Shown: one piece after another, positions 30,917 to 39,964 of the stretch | Numbering within the stretch: position 1 is the stretch's first letter | Layout of the letters: the number at the start of each line of letters is the position of its first letter | Virus record (IMG/VR): IMGVR_UViG_3300035665_003403 | Coordinates: 32,001-96,000 of that record | DNA: 64,000 bases | Strand: one strand, 5' to 3' | Source of the DNA: a virus | Position numbers and translations under genes: made by a program | Notes under the pieces: model-generated | Databases searched by the model: none | The model's input: only the letters and a program-made list of their open reading frames with translations | What the model was told of the DNA's origin: nothing

Positions 30917-32734
30917 TTGATACAATTAAATGATATAAAATCAAAGAAAGCAATTATTCTACTATCTAATTATAGTGGGATAAACCCATATATCTTACAA
31001 TTAAAGAATAAATTAGCTACTAATGGTAAGTTACTATTAACCGAAAATCAAACCAACTATATTATCGAAAATGATAAAACTCAACCAATATTTATAAACA
31101 AAATATTATCTATAACACCATTTTTGGGGGAATCACTTAAAAAAGAGTTTGAATTAAGCTTTACCCCAGAAAAATTATTAGCCGAATACATATTAGCTGA
31201 CAACAATAAAACAATCCACATTTACGGAAAACTAACCAAGAATCAAAAAACATCAACAATGTTTTTCATTCCAAAAAATCAGTTGATAACTGACCCTTAT
31301 TTTGATGAAATTGATGTTGATGTTGATTTTGAAAAATATGATAATATTTTAGCCAAATATGGTAAAAATTTATTCGAACACCAAAAATCTGGTATTAAAT
31401 TCTTGTTAGGTAGAAAAGGAGCTATCTTAGCTGACGAAATGGGACTCGCAAAAACGGCCCAATCAATAATATCAGCACTTGAAAGTGGTTGTAAAAAAAT
31501 ATTAGTTATTTGTCCAGCATCAGTAAAGATAAATTGGAAAAGGGAAATTGAAATTTTCGATAAAAATGTATCAATAGTTGATGGTAATCGTTGGGTTGAT
31601 AATAAATTTACGATTGTAAATTTTGATATACTTAAAAATTTCCACACTATTGAAGATAAAAAAATTGAATTTCAAATTTTAAAAAGAACAATTCTTGATA
31701 CAAAATTTGATGCTATTATTATTGATGAAGCACATTATTTAAAAGATAGCAACACAATTAGAGGTGGTATTGTTAATGATTTGATTAAACTAAACGATTT
31801 TAAAAGAATTTGGTTGTTAACTGGAACCCCAGTAGCCAACAGACCAATAGATTTTTTTAATTTACTTAAGATGATTAAATCACCATTAGGTGATAATTGG
31901 ATGTTTTTTTCTAAGCGTTATTGTGATGCTAAAAAAATGTATAGAACCATGAAAAATGGTAAAAAGAAACAGTTATGGATTAATAGCGGAGCCTCAAACT
32001 TAGATGAATTACATAATAAAACTAAAAATATTATGTTAAGAAGGTTAAAGAGTGAAGTATTGGATATGCCAGAAAAATTAATTATTCCACAATACCATGA
32101 ATTATCACCAACACAATGGATTGAATATGATGGGTTATGGGAGGATTATTTGGTTGAACGTAAAAAGAAAGGAAAAAGAGGTAACTTAGATAAAGATTTA
32201 TTGGAGTTAATATTGCTTAGAAAATTTGTAGCTATGGAGATGATACCAAATACAATTGAATTGGTTGATGATTTGATTCTTGAAGATAAGAAAGTTATTA
32301 TCTTTACCACTTTTACTGAAGAATTAAATGAACTAAAGAATCATTTCGGTAAAAAATGTGTAACCCATAATGGCCCAATGTCAACAAAAGATAAGCAAAA
32401 AAGTGTCGATGAATTCCAAAATAACCCAAATATTAAGGTTTTTATTGGAAACGTTATTTCTGCTGGTGTTGGAATCACACTTACAGCAGCTAATGTTGTC
32501 GTGTTCAATAGCTATGCTTGGGTACCAGGAATCAACAACCAATGTGAAGATAGAAGCCACCGATTGGGGCAAAAAAGTGATGTACTTGTCTACTACCAAT
32601 TATTCGAAAACAGCGTTTCAGTTAGAATTTGGGAAACACTTAAGAGCAAACAATCAATCATAGACCAAATTATGGTTGGCAATGAAGAAACAATAACAGA
32701 TAAAATAATTGAAATGATATATGAACAGAGTTAG
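30917..32734 (+). CDS. SNF2-family helicase/ATPase
   Basis: LADEMGLAKT (motif I), IIDEAH (motif II), LLTGTP, AGVGITLTAA, QCEDRSHRLGQ. Confidence 0.93.
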   Translation: MIQLNDIKSKKAIILLSNYSGINPYILQLKNKLATNGKLLLTENQTNYIIENDKTQPIFINKILSITPFLGESLKKEFELSFTPEKLLAEYILADNNKTIHIYGKLTKNQKTSTMFFIPKNQLITDPYFDEIDVDVDFEKYDNILAKYGKNLFEHQKSGIKFLLGRKGAILADEMGLAKTAQSIISALESGCKKILVICPASVKINWKREIEIFDKNVSIVDGNRWVDNKFTIVNFDILKNFHTIEDKKIEFQILKRTILDTKFDAIIIDEAHYLKDSNTIRGGIVNDLIKLNDFKRIWLLTGTPVANRPIDFFNLLKMIKSPLGDNWMFFSKRYCDAKKMYRTMKNGKKKQLWINSGASNLDELHNKTKNIMLRRLKSEVLDMPEKLIIPQYHELSPTQWIEYDGLWEDYLVERKKKGKRGNLDKDLLELILLRKFVAMEMIPNTIELVDDLILEDKKVIIFTTFTEELNELKNHFGKKCVTHNGPMSTKDKQKSVDEFQNNPNIKVFIGNVISAGVGITLTAANVVVFNSYAWVPGINNQCEDRSHRLGQKSDVLVYYQLFENSVSVRIWETLKSKQSIIDQIMVGNEETITDKIIEMIYEQS

Positions 32735-32987
32735 AGTGTATACAACAAAAACATGTCCTTATTGTAAAACACTTAAGGATATGTTAACTGAAAATAACGT
32801 TGAATTTGTTGACGTTGATGTTTCAGATGAAAAAAATAATAAAGAATTTGAAATGGTAATTAAGATTACAGATTCAGATATGGTACCCATTATAAAAGTT
32901 GATAAAAATTTATTAGTTCCAGAAAAATCATTTAAATCAATACCACAAGCTGTTGAAATGATAAAAACGATAATTAATGGTAAATAA
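32721..32987 (+). CDS. Glutaredoxin / NrdH-like redoxin
   Basis: VYTTKTCPYC active site; VP cis-Pro motif. Confidence 0.9.
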   Translation: MNRVRVYTTKTCPYCKTLKDMLTENNVEFVDVDVSDEKNNKEFEMVIKITDSDMVPIIKVDKNLLVPEKSFKSIPQAVEMIKTIINGK

Positions 32988-33010
32988 GCTATATTTATAA
33001 ATAAAAGATT

Positions 33011-34165
33011 ATGGCTATAACTAGAGAGGAACAAACAAAGTTATTTAACAATTTCAGAGCAACTGTTGGTGCCCCACTTAGAAATATTGAAATAACCGAT
33101 GACCAATTATGTATCTTATTAGAATTATCAATTGAAGATTATAGTCAAGCAGTTCAAAATTATTTGATTGAACATCAATGGCAAAGCCTATTGGGTCAAA
33201 ATGTTGATACACTTGATATGGCATTTGCGTTGAGCGTTAGAGGAATGAATTTCTCAACACAATATACTTATGCATACTCTAAGCAAGTTGGATTACAAAC
33301 AAATGGACCTTGGGAACTTAAAAAAGATTTTATTGATATTGAAGCTGGAAGACAAGTTTATCAAATTCCAGCTGGTAGAGAAGTAAATGAAGTTCTTTGG
33401 ATTACACCATCAACCGTAAATCAATCATTGATGGCTAGTTATGGTGGTTTAGATGCTGGTTTTGGCTTCGGTGGGGGTTTTGCTCAAGTTGGTGGTGGTT
33501 ATGGTTCAACAACAGGTGGATATGCTGGTAGAAGTGGTTATTATATAGCACCAGCCTTTGATGTGTTATTAATGGCTAGTGATATGAATTTAAAAAATAG
33601 AATTGTTAGAAGTGAGTTAACATACAAGGTAACCGCTGGACCTAATGGTACTAAATTGTTGCATTTGATAAGCACTCCAGGTTCCAAGTTAAGTTTTGGT
33701 TTGGGTGTTGGTAGTAGAGTAAGCAATGGGATAAATTTAACTGGATGTAGAGTTTGGTATCACTACTATGATACAACAGATGCTAATGTCGATGATTGTA
33801 GAAATGACAATCCAGATATTATTAAGATGCCTAATGATGTTCCATTGGATAAATTAGATTATGCATCATTTAACGAACCAACAAAGGTTTTAATACGTCA
33901 AATATTATTTGCAAAAGCTAAACAAACACTTGGTAAAACAAGAGGTAAGTTTTTAGGTGTTATTGGATTACCAGAAGGTGAAAGAACTTTAGATTGGGAA
34001 ACGATGACAACTGAAGGTAACGAAGAATATAAAGCAGTGATGGAAAAATTAGAAGAAAGATTAGCTAGGTTATCTAGCACAGAACAATTAAAGAGAGCAG
34101 CTGAAGAAGCTGAATTCCTAAATACTCAGCTCAAATACAGGCCATTAGGTATCTATGTTAAGTAA
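33011..34165 (+). CDS. Neck / head-tail adaptor protein (gp13-like)
   Basis: VGAPLRNIEITDDQL...AKAKQTLGKTRGKF..IGLPEG..TLD; ATATTTATA at 32991. Confidence 0.65.
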   Translation: MAITREEQTKLFNNFRATVGAPLRNIEITDDQLCILLELSIEDYSQAVQNYLIEHQWQSLLGQNVDTLDMAFALSVRGMNFSTQYTYAYSKQVGLQTNGPWELKKDFIDIEAGRQVYQIPAGREVNEVLWITPSTVNQSLMASYGGLDAGFGFGGGFAQVGGGYGSTTGGYAGRSGYYIAPAFDVLLMASDMNLKNRIVRSELTYKVTAGPNGTKLLHLISTPGSKLSFGLGVGSRVSNGINLTGCRVWYHYYDTTDANVDDCRNDNPDIIKMPNDVPLDKLDYASFNEPTKVLIRQILFAKAKQTLGKTRGKFLGVIGLPEGERTLDWETMTTEGNEEYKAVMEKLEERLARLSSTEQLKRAAEEAEFLNTQLKYRPLGIYVK

Positions 34166-34168
34166 TGT

Positions 34169-34194
34169 AAAAGTGGTTTAAAATAACCACTTTT
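34169..34194. terminator. Inverted repeat between convergent genes
   Basis: AAAAGTGGTT-TAAAAT-AACCACTTTT. Confidence 0.6.
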
Positions 34195-37100
34195 CTTTTT
34201 TTACACCATCATTTACACCCTCATTTACACCCTCATTTACACCCTCATTTACACCCTCATTTACTACGTCATATACTACGTCATATACTACGTCATCTAT
34301 AACTTCATTAAAGAAATCAATTTCCGATTCCAATACCACTCTCTCATCAAATTTATCATTATAATCAATTTCACCACCATCTGATTCTTCATTTTCATCA
34401 TCTATTTTTCCTATCTCCAAAGATATGGTTTTTATATTATGTTCTTGTATTTTCTTAACAATATCTTCAATCTCTGATATTTCACCAATAATCAAATCAG
34501 CATTTCTAACTCCAGTTAAAAATTCTTTGGTTGTTTCGTTATTTACCCATAAATCAAACCTATCATCTTTTTTAACATTTTTATCCAATGATTCATAAAA
34601 TATATCTCTACTTTTAGCTAAGCTCTCATATTTGAATATTTGTATCAATGGCATCAAAGGTTCATTCCATTCATTAGAAACAAACACACCATCATCATTT
34701 AAATGTGCGAATCCGTAAATTTCAATAGGTATTTCACCTAATGACCTAATCTTACCGTAATCTTTTACCTCTAATCTTTTGAATATATCATCTAACCTGT
34801 CTTTAGCATAGGCAATATCTTTTATTTTTTTGATTCTCATCCTCTCGGTGTAATCAGCAACAATCAAATCCCAATCAGTTTGGGTCATATTGTTTGGTGT
34901 CTTATTAACTCTCATCCAAAATTTTATTTCCTTGTCTTCCATAGTCATTAAATCCTCATAACTATCTTGATGTTCTGGTTCAAATGGATTTCCATTTGTT
35001 AATTTACACTGCTCAATTGTAAAAGCTGATTTTTCTTGCAACACAAATAATTTACTTTTTTTATTTTTAACAACGTTAATCAACACATGATTTCTAACTT
35101 CAGTATCAAAACATACTAATAACGGTTTAATTCTAGTATTAAACGCAGCTAAGTATCTAGCAACATTATAGTCATCAACTGATAATTCAGCATTTATTTC
35201 ATTGATTCTATCAATTATTTCGTTATCTTCAGGTGTATTAATTAGTTCTTTATTTAACATTTCCAATTCCTTAAGCATTTCGAAATCTTTTTCAACAATA
35301 CTTGGTTCGATAAGTTTACAATTCATTTGTAAGGTAATCTTACCAGTTTCTTTATCCTTAATAGATTTTAAATCACCATGTGATTTAACAGTACCAATAT
35401 TAACATAATATAACATGTCACCCATATCAACATATAGATTATGTTTTAAAGCTAATTCCATATGAGCTTGCTTAGGTAAAGGGTTACCTTTTTTATTAAC
35501 CTTATCGGCTCTTTTTTTATATTCCTCAAGTGTTGATTTAACCTTGCTTTTTGATGCAATCTTAACCAATGGGATTTGCATATTATAAATTTTATCCACA
35601 TAAGAATAATAATACCTTATAAACCCATAACCATCACCTTTTAATAAAAGTTTTATCCCATAATCTAAAAATTCTTCAATATATGTTGGCATTTTTTTAG
35701 ACTTGATAGAATTCCCAACGAATTTAATCTTACCACCAATATCATTTGCGTAATTTTTCCTAGCAAAGTTAATAGTTGAATCAATTACATCATCAATATC
35801 CAATCCCATCCATCCAATCATATAAGTTTCATTAAATTCAGCTAAAGCAGCATCAATCCCATATAATACCTTACCACCATCACTCTTTGTTTTCCAATGC
35901 GACCCCTTGGGTGTATATGAATAACTATCAAGTTCAATTGGTACCGCAAAATTAACCCCATCAGTATCTAATAATAGGGGTGTCATATTAAATTTATCTG
36001 AGAAGAATTTAACCATCAATCTAAGATACTGTCTACCCCTACATGTTGTTTCCTCAGCGCAGTCAGTATCACCCCAATTAAATATATAAGGCGCACCATA
36101 TGAACCAAACCAAGAGTTAGCTAATATCTTTAAAGGGAGTTGTTTTTTATCATATAAGTTAGCTAATTTTTTATTTTCACTAATATCATCCAATAATTTT
36201 TTCTTTTCTTCTTCATTTAAGTCTTTATTATTTTCTAATTTTTGAACTAAACTTTTAACTATATTCTTATGTGTTGTGGTTAACTCTTTATTCTCATCTC
36301 TTGTTTCAACCACATAAGATAATAAACCACTCATTGCACCACTAATATCTAATTTAGGGAATATACCCCATGTTAATTCAGTTTTAGGGTATAGCGCAGC
36401 ATAATCTAATTTGTAAACATCCTTAGAGAAGCCAACTCTTAATAATCTAGATAATCCACCAGTAAAATCTTTCTTAACTTCAGTACTTGGAATTGCTAAT
36501 TTATTCTCATATGACCAAGCTGACATAATTAATTTCCACTGTCCAGCTGTACCCATAGTTGAACTTCTCATGTATGTTGTTGGAAGTAATTTTGCAATCA
36601 AAAACGATGCTTGATTAAAAATATTATCAATTTGCTCTGTTTCCCATAAGTCATCCAATAAATATCTTCTAACCAAGAATGCCCCATCAACTACCTTATA
36701 GTTATTTTTTATTTCTTTATTAGGTTTAATCTTATACCAATCACCATTAGTGTCATTAAAAGCATAAGTATTGTTTTTATCATTCCATAAATCAAATAAT
36801 ACATTACCATTAATGTAAACCCTATTCTTTTTAGCAATATTAGAGTACTTTGTGATATATTTTAAAGACCAAGATTTGATATCAGAATTAATTGCCTGTG
36901 CCCTTCTGACTGAATGAGCAATATCTAATATATTATGACCATACATATGGGCTTGCATGTAGTGTTCAACCTCACCACCCAATTTAATCATGGATTTCTT
37001 ACGTTTGAATTTACTATTGGGTGATAGTGTTGTCGCTAAATCAGAAACATTACTTCCTAACCTACTAACTCGTTTCTCAATAAAATCCCAATCGAAATTT

Positions 37101-37807
37101 TCGGAATTATAACCAGTAATTATATCTGGTTTAAGATAATCAATTACCCCAAAAAACTTTTTAATATTGGTTAATTCAGAATTTCTTAACTCCTGTGGCG
37201 TGTTTCCACTTATTTCAATTACACCTTCTAACCCTCTATTATCCCTTATCCCAATTTGGAATATAGCATCTCTATTAGGATTCAGTCCCTGTGTTTCCAA
37301 GTCAAATTGGAATCTATGTAAATCATTGTAATCATCAAATCCTTTAAATAACCTTTTACCCGTTTGAATCATGAATTGTTCAACTGGTGTGTAAGCTAAA
37401 AATAAGTTTCTATCCTCTTTTCTGAAGATATCTAACCCACCATCCCTAAAATAATTAATAAGTGAATTGTATGATTTATCACAAATGGCCATGAATTTAT
37501 ACCCATTTTCCATTCTATCTGGAATATGCCCACTATCATCATGTGTCCTTAGGTTTTTAATAGTAATACCATACCTTTCTCTAGCTTTTATTTGCTCAGA
37601 ATGCTTACCCCTATATAAAATCTTATTAACGTCTTCCTTGAACCACAAGAATGGTTTGTAACTATGTGTTTCAGTCCTCTTTCCAGTTTCTGGGTCATTT
37701 ATTACCAATACAACATTATTTGAGTTATACTCTGGTTCTATTGTAATTATATACTTTTGGTCATCTCGACCCAATAAAAACGCTTCAATTTCTTCTTTTG
37801 GAATCAT
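34178..37807 (-). CDS. Family B DNA polymerase with 3'-5' exonuclease
   Basis: ExoI FDLET, ExoII GYNSENFD, ExoIII YLLDD; polymerase motifs LDYAALYP, KILANSWFG, DTDG. Confidence 0.93.
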   Translation of the reverse strand: MIPKEEIEAFLLGRDDQKYIITIEPEYNSNNVVLVINDPETGKRTETHSYKPFLWFKEDVNKILYRGKHSEQIKARERYGITIKNLRTHDDSGHIPDRMENGYKFMAICDKSYNSLINYFRDGGLDIFRKEDRNLFLAYTPVEQFMIQTGKRLFKGFDDYNDLHRFQFDLETQGLNPNRDAIFQIGIRDNRGLEGVIEISGNTPQELRNSELTNIKKFFGVIDYLKPDIITGYNSENFDWDFIEKRVSRLGSNVSDLATTLSPNSKFKRKKSMIKLGGEVEHYMQAHMYGHNILDIAHSVRRAQAINSDIKSWSLKYITKYSNIAKKNRVYINGNVLFDLWNDKNNTYAFNDTNGDWYKIKPNKEIKNNYKVVDGAFLVRRYLLDDLWETEQIDNIFNQASFLIAKLLPTTYMRSSTMGTAGQWKLIMSAWSYENKLAIPSTEVKKDFTGGLSRLLRVGFSKDVYKLDYAALYPKTELTWGIFPKLDISGAMSGLLSYVVETRDENKELTTTHKNIVKSLVQKLENNKDLNEEEKKKLLDDISENKKLANLYDKKQLPLKILANSWFGSYGAPYIFNWGDTDCAEETTCRGRQYLRLMVKFFSDKFNMTPLLLDTDGVNFAVPIELDSYSYTPKGSHWKTKSDGGKVLYGIDAALAEFNETYMIGWMGLDIDDVIDSTINFARKNYANDIGGKIKFVGNSIKSKKMPTYIEEFLDYGIKLLLKGDGYGFIRYYYSYVDKIYNMQIPLVKIASKSKVKSTLEEYKKRADKVNKKGNPLPKQAHMELALKHNLYVDMGDMLYYVNIGTVKSHGDLKSIKDKETGKITLQMNCKLIEPSIVEKDFEMLKELEMLNKELINTPEDNEIIDRINEINAELSVDDYNVARYLAAFNTRIKPLLVCFDTEVRNHVLINVVKNKKSKLFVLQEKSAFTIEQCKLTNGNPFEPEHQDSYEDLMTMEDKEIKFWMRVNKTPNNMTQTDWDLIVADYTERMRIKKIKDIAYAKDRLDDIFKRLEVKDYGKIRSLGEIPIEIYGFAHLNDDGVFVSNEWNEPLMPLIQIFKYESLAKSRDIFYESLDKNVKKDDRFDLWVNNETTKEFLTGVRNADLIIGEISEIEDIVKKIQEHNIKTISLEIGKIDDENEESDGGEIDYNDKFDERVVLESEIDFFNEVIDDVVYDVVYDVVNEGVNEGVNEGVNEGVNDGVKKEKWLF
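34200..34296. repeat. In-frame 12-bp tandem array in the polymerase C-terminus
   Basis: Four TCATTTACACCC units plus TCATATACTACG units, encoding VVYD/VNEG repeats. Confidence 0.9.
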
Positions 37808-37826
37808 ATATTTAAAACTAATTCCA

Positions 37827-37834
37827 CAAATTTA
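37827..37834 (-). promoter_or_regulatory. Bacteroidota-type -7 element (TAAATTTG) upstream of the DNA polymerase
   Basis: TAnnTTTG about 20 nt before the ATG. Confidence 0.45.
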
Positions 37835-37845
37835 CTATTTTAAAA

Positions 37846-38220
37846 TCACTTTTTAATAGAACCACCAATCACATTTATGAATAATTCTTCAGAAATAGGT
37901 GTAAGCAAAGTTCCACTACCATCCAATACCTCAATTGAAAATTGTCCAACATATCTACCAGCATTTTTAGTGTCTATAGCCCTAAAATTATATGTTATGA
38001 AGTATTCTTCACAACAATCACTAGTAGGTGTAACCAATTCAGTACCAGCCAATCTATTACCAATCACATGTTTTCCTGTGGTAACCTCCCACATATTGAA
38101 TTTTATTGTTGAATTTTGTAATTTATCAAAAAAATTGTTAAAATCATATCTACCATCATTTATTAGTTCCATTTTAAGAACAGGTAAGGTAGCACCCTTC
38201 ATTATATTAAATTCCATCAT
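37846..38220 (-). CDS. BppU-N-like virion protein
   Basis: FNIMKGATLPVLKMEL...YNF...DT..AGRYVGQFSI....G.L..P. Confidence 0.5.
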   Translation of the reverse strand: MMEFNIMKGATLPVLKMELINDGRYDFNNFFDKLQNSTIKFNMWEVTTGKHVIGNRLAGTELVTPTSDCCEEYFITYNFRAIDTKNAGRYVGQFSIEVLDGSGTLLTPISEELFINVIGGSIKK

Positions 38221-38231
38221 GTTTTTAAGTT

Positions 38232-39962
38232 TTATAATATCGTTATACCATACCTCACAGCCTCACGCCTCACCAAATAGTCAATTTCAGAAAAATTCAA
38301 ATCACAAATATTAAATTTGAATTGAGATATGCCACCTAAAAATGTACCAGCGAAATTCTCTTCAATCGGTAATCCAAGGTCTCTTGGGTCAGGCCCATCA
38401 AATGTGAAGCTTTCCAATAATCCCTGAGAACCACCACCCAAGCTTATATTGAATGGTACACCGACTTGTTTTAATTTATTATCACCAAGCCTTTTACCAA
38501 TGAATTCATCAAAATCATTTACAACGTATTTTAATTTTCCGTTAACATAAAACATAAGTCTACCTTTTCTTCGTTTACCATAAATTAAATCACACGTATC
38601 ATAAGTATCATTCATTTTAAATCTAACCATAATACTCGTCCAAACATCACCACTTACAACACCACTAGCAGAATACCCCTCTTGAACCGTAATACCACTT
38701 GAATAAGTATCACCACTACATGAACCAGTTACTGTTAACAACCTATATCCAATACTACCATCTGATTTTATTCTAAACCCTAATGCATTATCAACAATAT
38801 CCGCTTCATAATCTAATTCTAGTTTATCTGATGTAAAACCACTGAAGCTACAAGCTGTTTGATTTCCATAACCATCATGACTTCCACCACAACTTAGGCA
38901 TGAGGTACCACCAGTACTTGCTCTACCATAAATCAAGAATGGGTTTGTTGTATTTGTTATTTCTTGTTGATGTGAAGTTACTACAACACCATTACCATCA
39001 TAATTACATGCATTATATGTACCTAAACCATCATGACTTCCACCACAACTTAGGCATGAGGTACCACCAGTACTTGCTCTACCATAAATCAAGAATCCGT
39101 TCTCAATCAAATCAATATTAATAATCGGTGGAGACAATGGAATACCAACATTATAATCACCAGTCAAAACAATATCAGTTTCTTTTAATGTTGTACAATA
39201 TCCAGATACACTATCAGTACAACCACTAGGAACTGTACAACCACTAGTACATCCAGTATTCAATCCTTCAAAAACATTCCAAAATTTATTTTCAGCTCTG
39301 GTTCCCATATAAAAAAAGAAACCCTCATTATTTGGGTTCAAATCATTCAAGGTAGTACCAGTATGTCCACTACAGTTATCTGTTTTATTTAACCAAAATT
39401 CAGCAACCCAACCTTTAGATACTCTATTTGGTAAAACTTCATATGTTGAACCATCTAATTTATAATAACCTTGATAAAATCCACCACAAAATTGTGCATA
39501 TCTACCAATGCTTGTATTAGCACTCAAAATATCTATTGGATATATAACATTACCTGTAAAACCACTAACTCTATTTAATTTTAATCTAGTATCACCAGAT
39601 AAAATAGTTAGTGTTGTTCCAGTTAATGCCGACATTATTTCAGTATTAGATGTTCCAGTTAAACCAGATATATCAATACCACCGTTATCAATACCTGTTA
39701 AACCATATGTTGAAAATGTATACCCAGTATTAATGGCATCACCCCAACTAATTAAACTATATATAGTGTTAGCAGATGTTGACCCAGTAGAATATATATC
39801 AGAGTTAGCAAAATCAAAATAAGAAACCAAACAAGTACCAGATGTAACACCAGTAATGGGTGATGTTATTTTACCATCATTAGCCAATTTAAAATCCCAA
39901 TAATCATGGTTTGATAATTGAAGTTTAAGTTTATTACTATTATAATTATTAATGTTTGTCAT
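38232..39962 (-). CDS. Cys-rich virion protein with LamG-like domain
   Basis: AEFWL, LMFYVNGKL, ISLGGG, F.GGISQFKF; duplicated CLSC module. Confidence 0.55.
   Translation of the reverse strand: MTNINNYNSNKLKLQLSNHDYWDFKLANDGKITSPITGVTSGTCLVSYFDFANSDIYSTGSTSANTIYSLISWGDAINTGYTFSTYGLTGIDNGGIDISGLTGTSNTEIMSALTGTTLTILSGDTRLKLNRVSGFTGNVIYPIDILSANTSIGRYAQFCGGFYQGYYKLDGSTYEVLPNRVSKGWVAEFWLNKTDNCSGHTGTTLNDLNPNNEGFFFYMGTRAENKFWNVFEGLNTGCTSGCTVPSGCTDSVSGYCTTLKETDIVLTGDYNVGIPLSPPIINIDLIENGFLIYGRASTGGTSCLSCGGSHDGLGTYNACNYDGNGVVVTSHQQEITNTTNPFLIYGRASTGGTSCLSCGGSHDGYGNQTACSFSGFTSDKLELDYEADIVDNALGFRIKSDGSIGYRLLTVTGSCSGDTYSSGITVQEGYSASGVVSGDVWTSIMVRFKMNDTYDTCDLIYGKRRKGRLMFYVNGKLKYVVNDFDEFIGKRLGDNKLKQVGVPFNISLGGGSQGLLESFTFDGPDPRDLGLPIEENFAGTFLGGISQFKFNICDLNFSEIDYLVRREAVRYGITIL
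38870..39096. repeat. Exact 71-bp direct repeat (38870-38940 = 39026-39096)
   Basis: Encodes FLIYGRASTGGTSCLSCGGSHDG twice. Confidence 0.9.
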
Positions 39963-39964
39963 AA

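Noticed and set aside
34178-37807. Intein or intron in the DNA polymerase
   Set aside because: No intein splice-junction or LAGLIDADG motifs were seen; insertions look like coiled-coil extensions and the frame is continuous.
38870-39096. DGR template/variable repeat pair (also considered for 25898/26651)
   Set aside because: Copies are identical with no adenine-specific mismatches, both are coding, and no reverse transcriptase is present.
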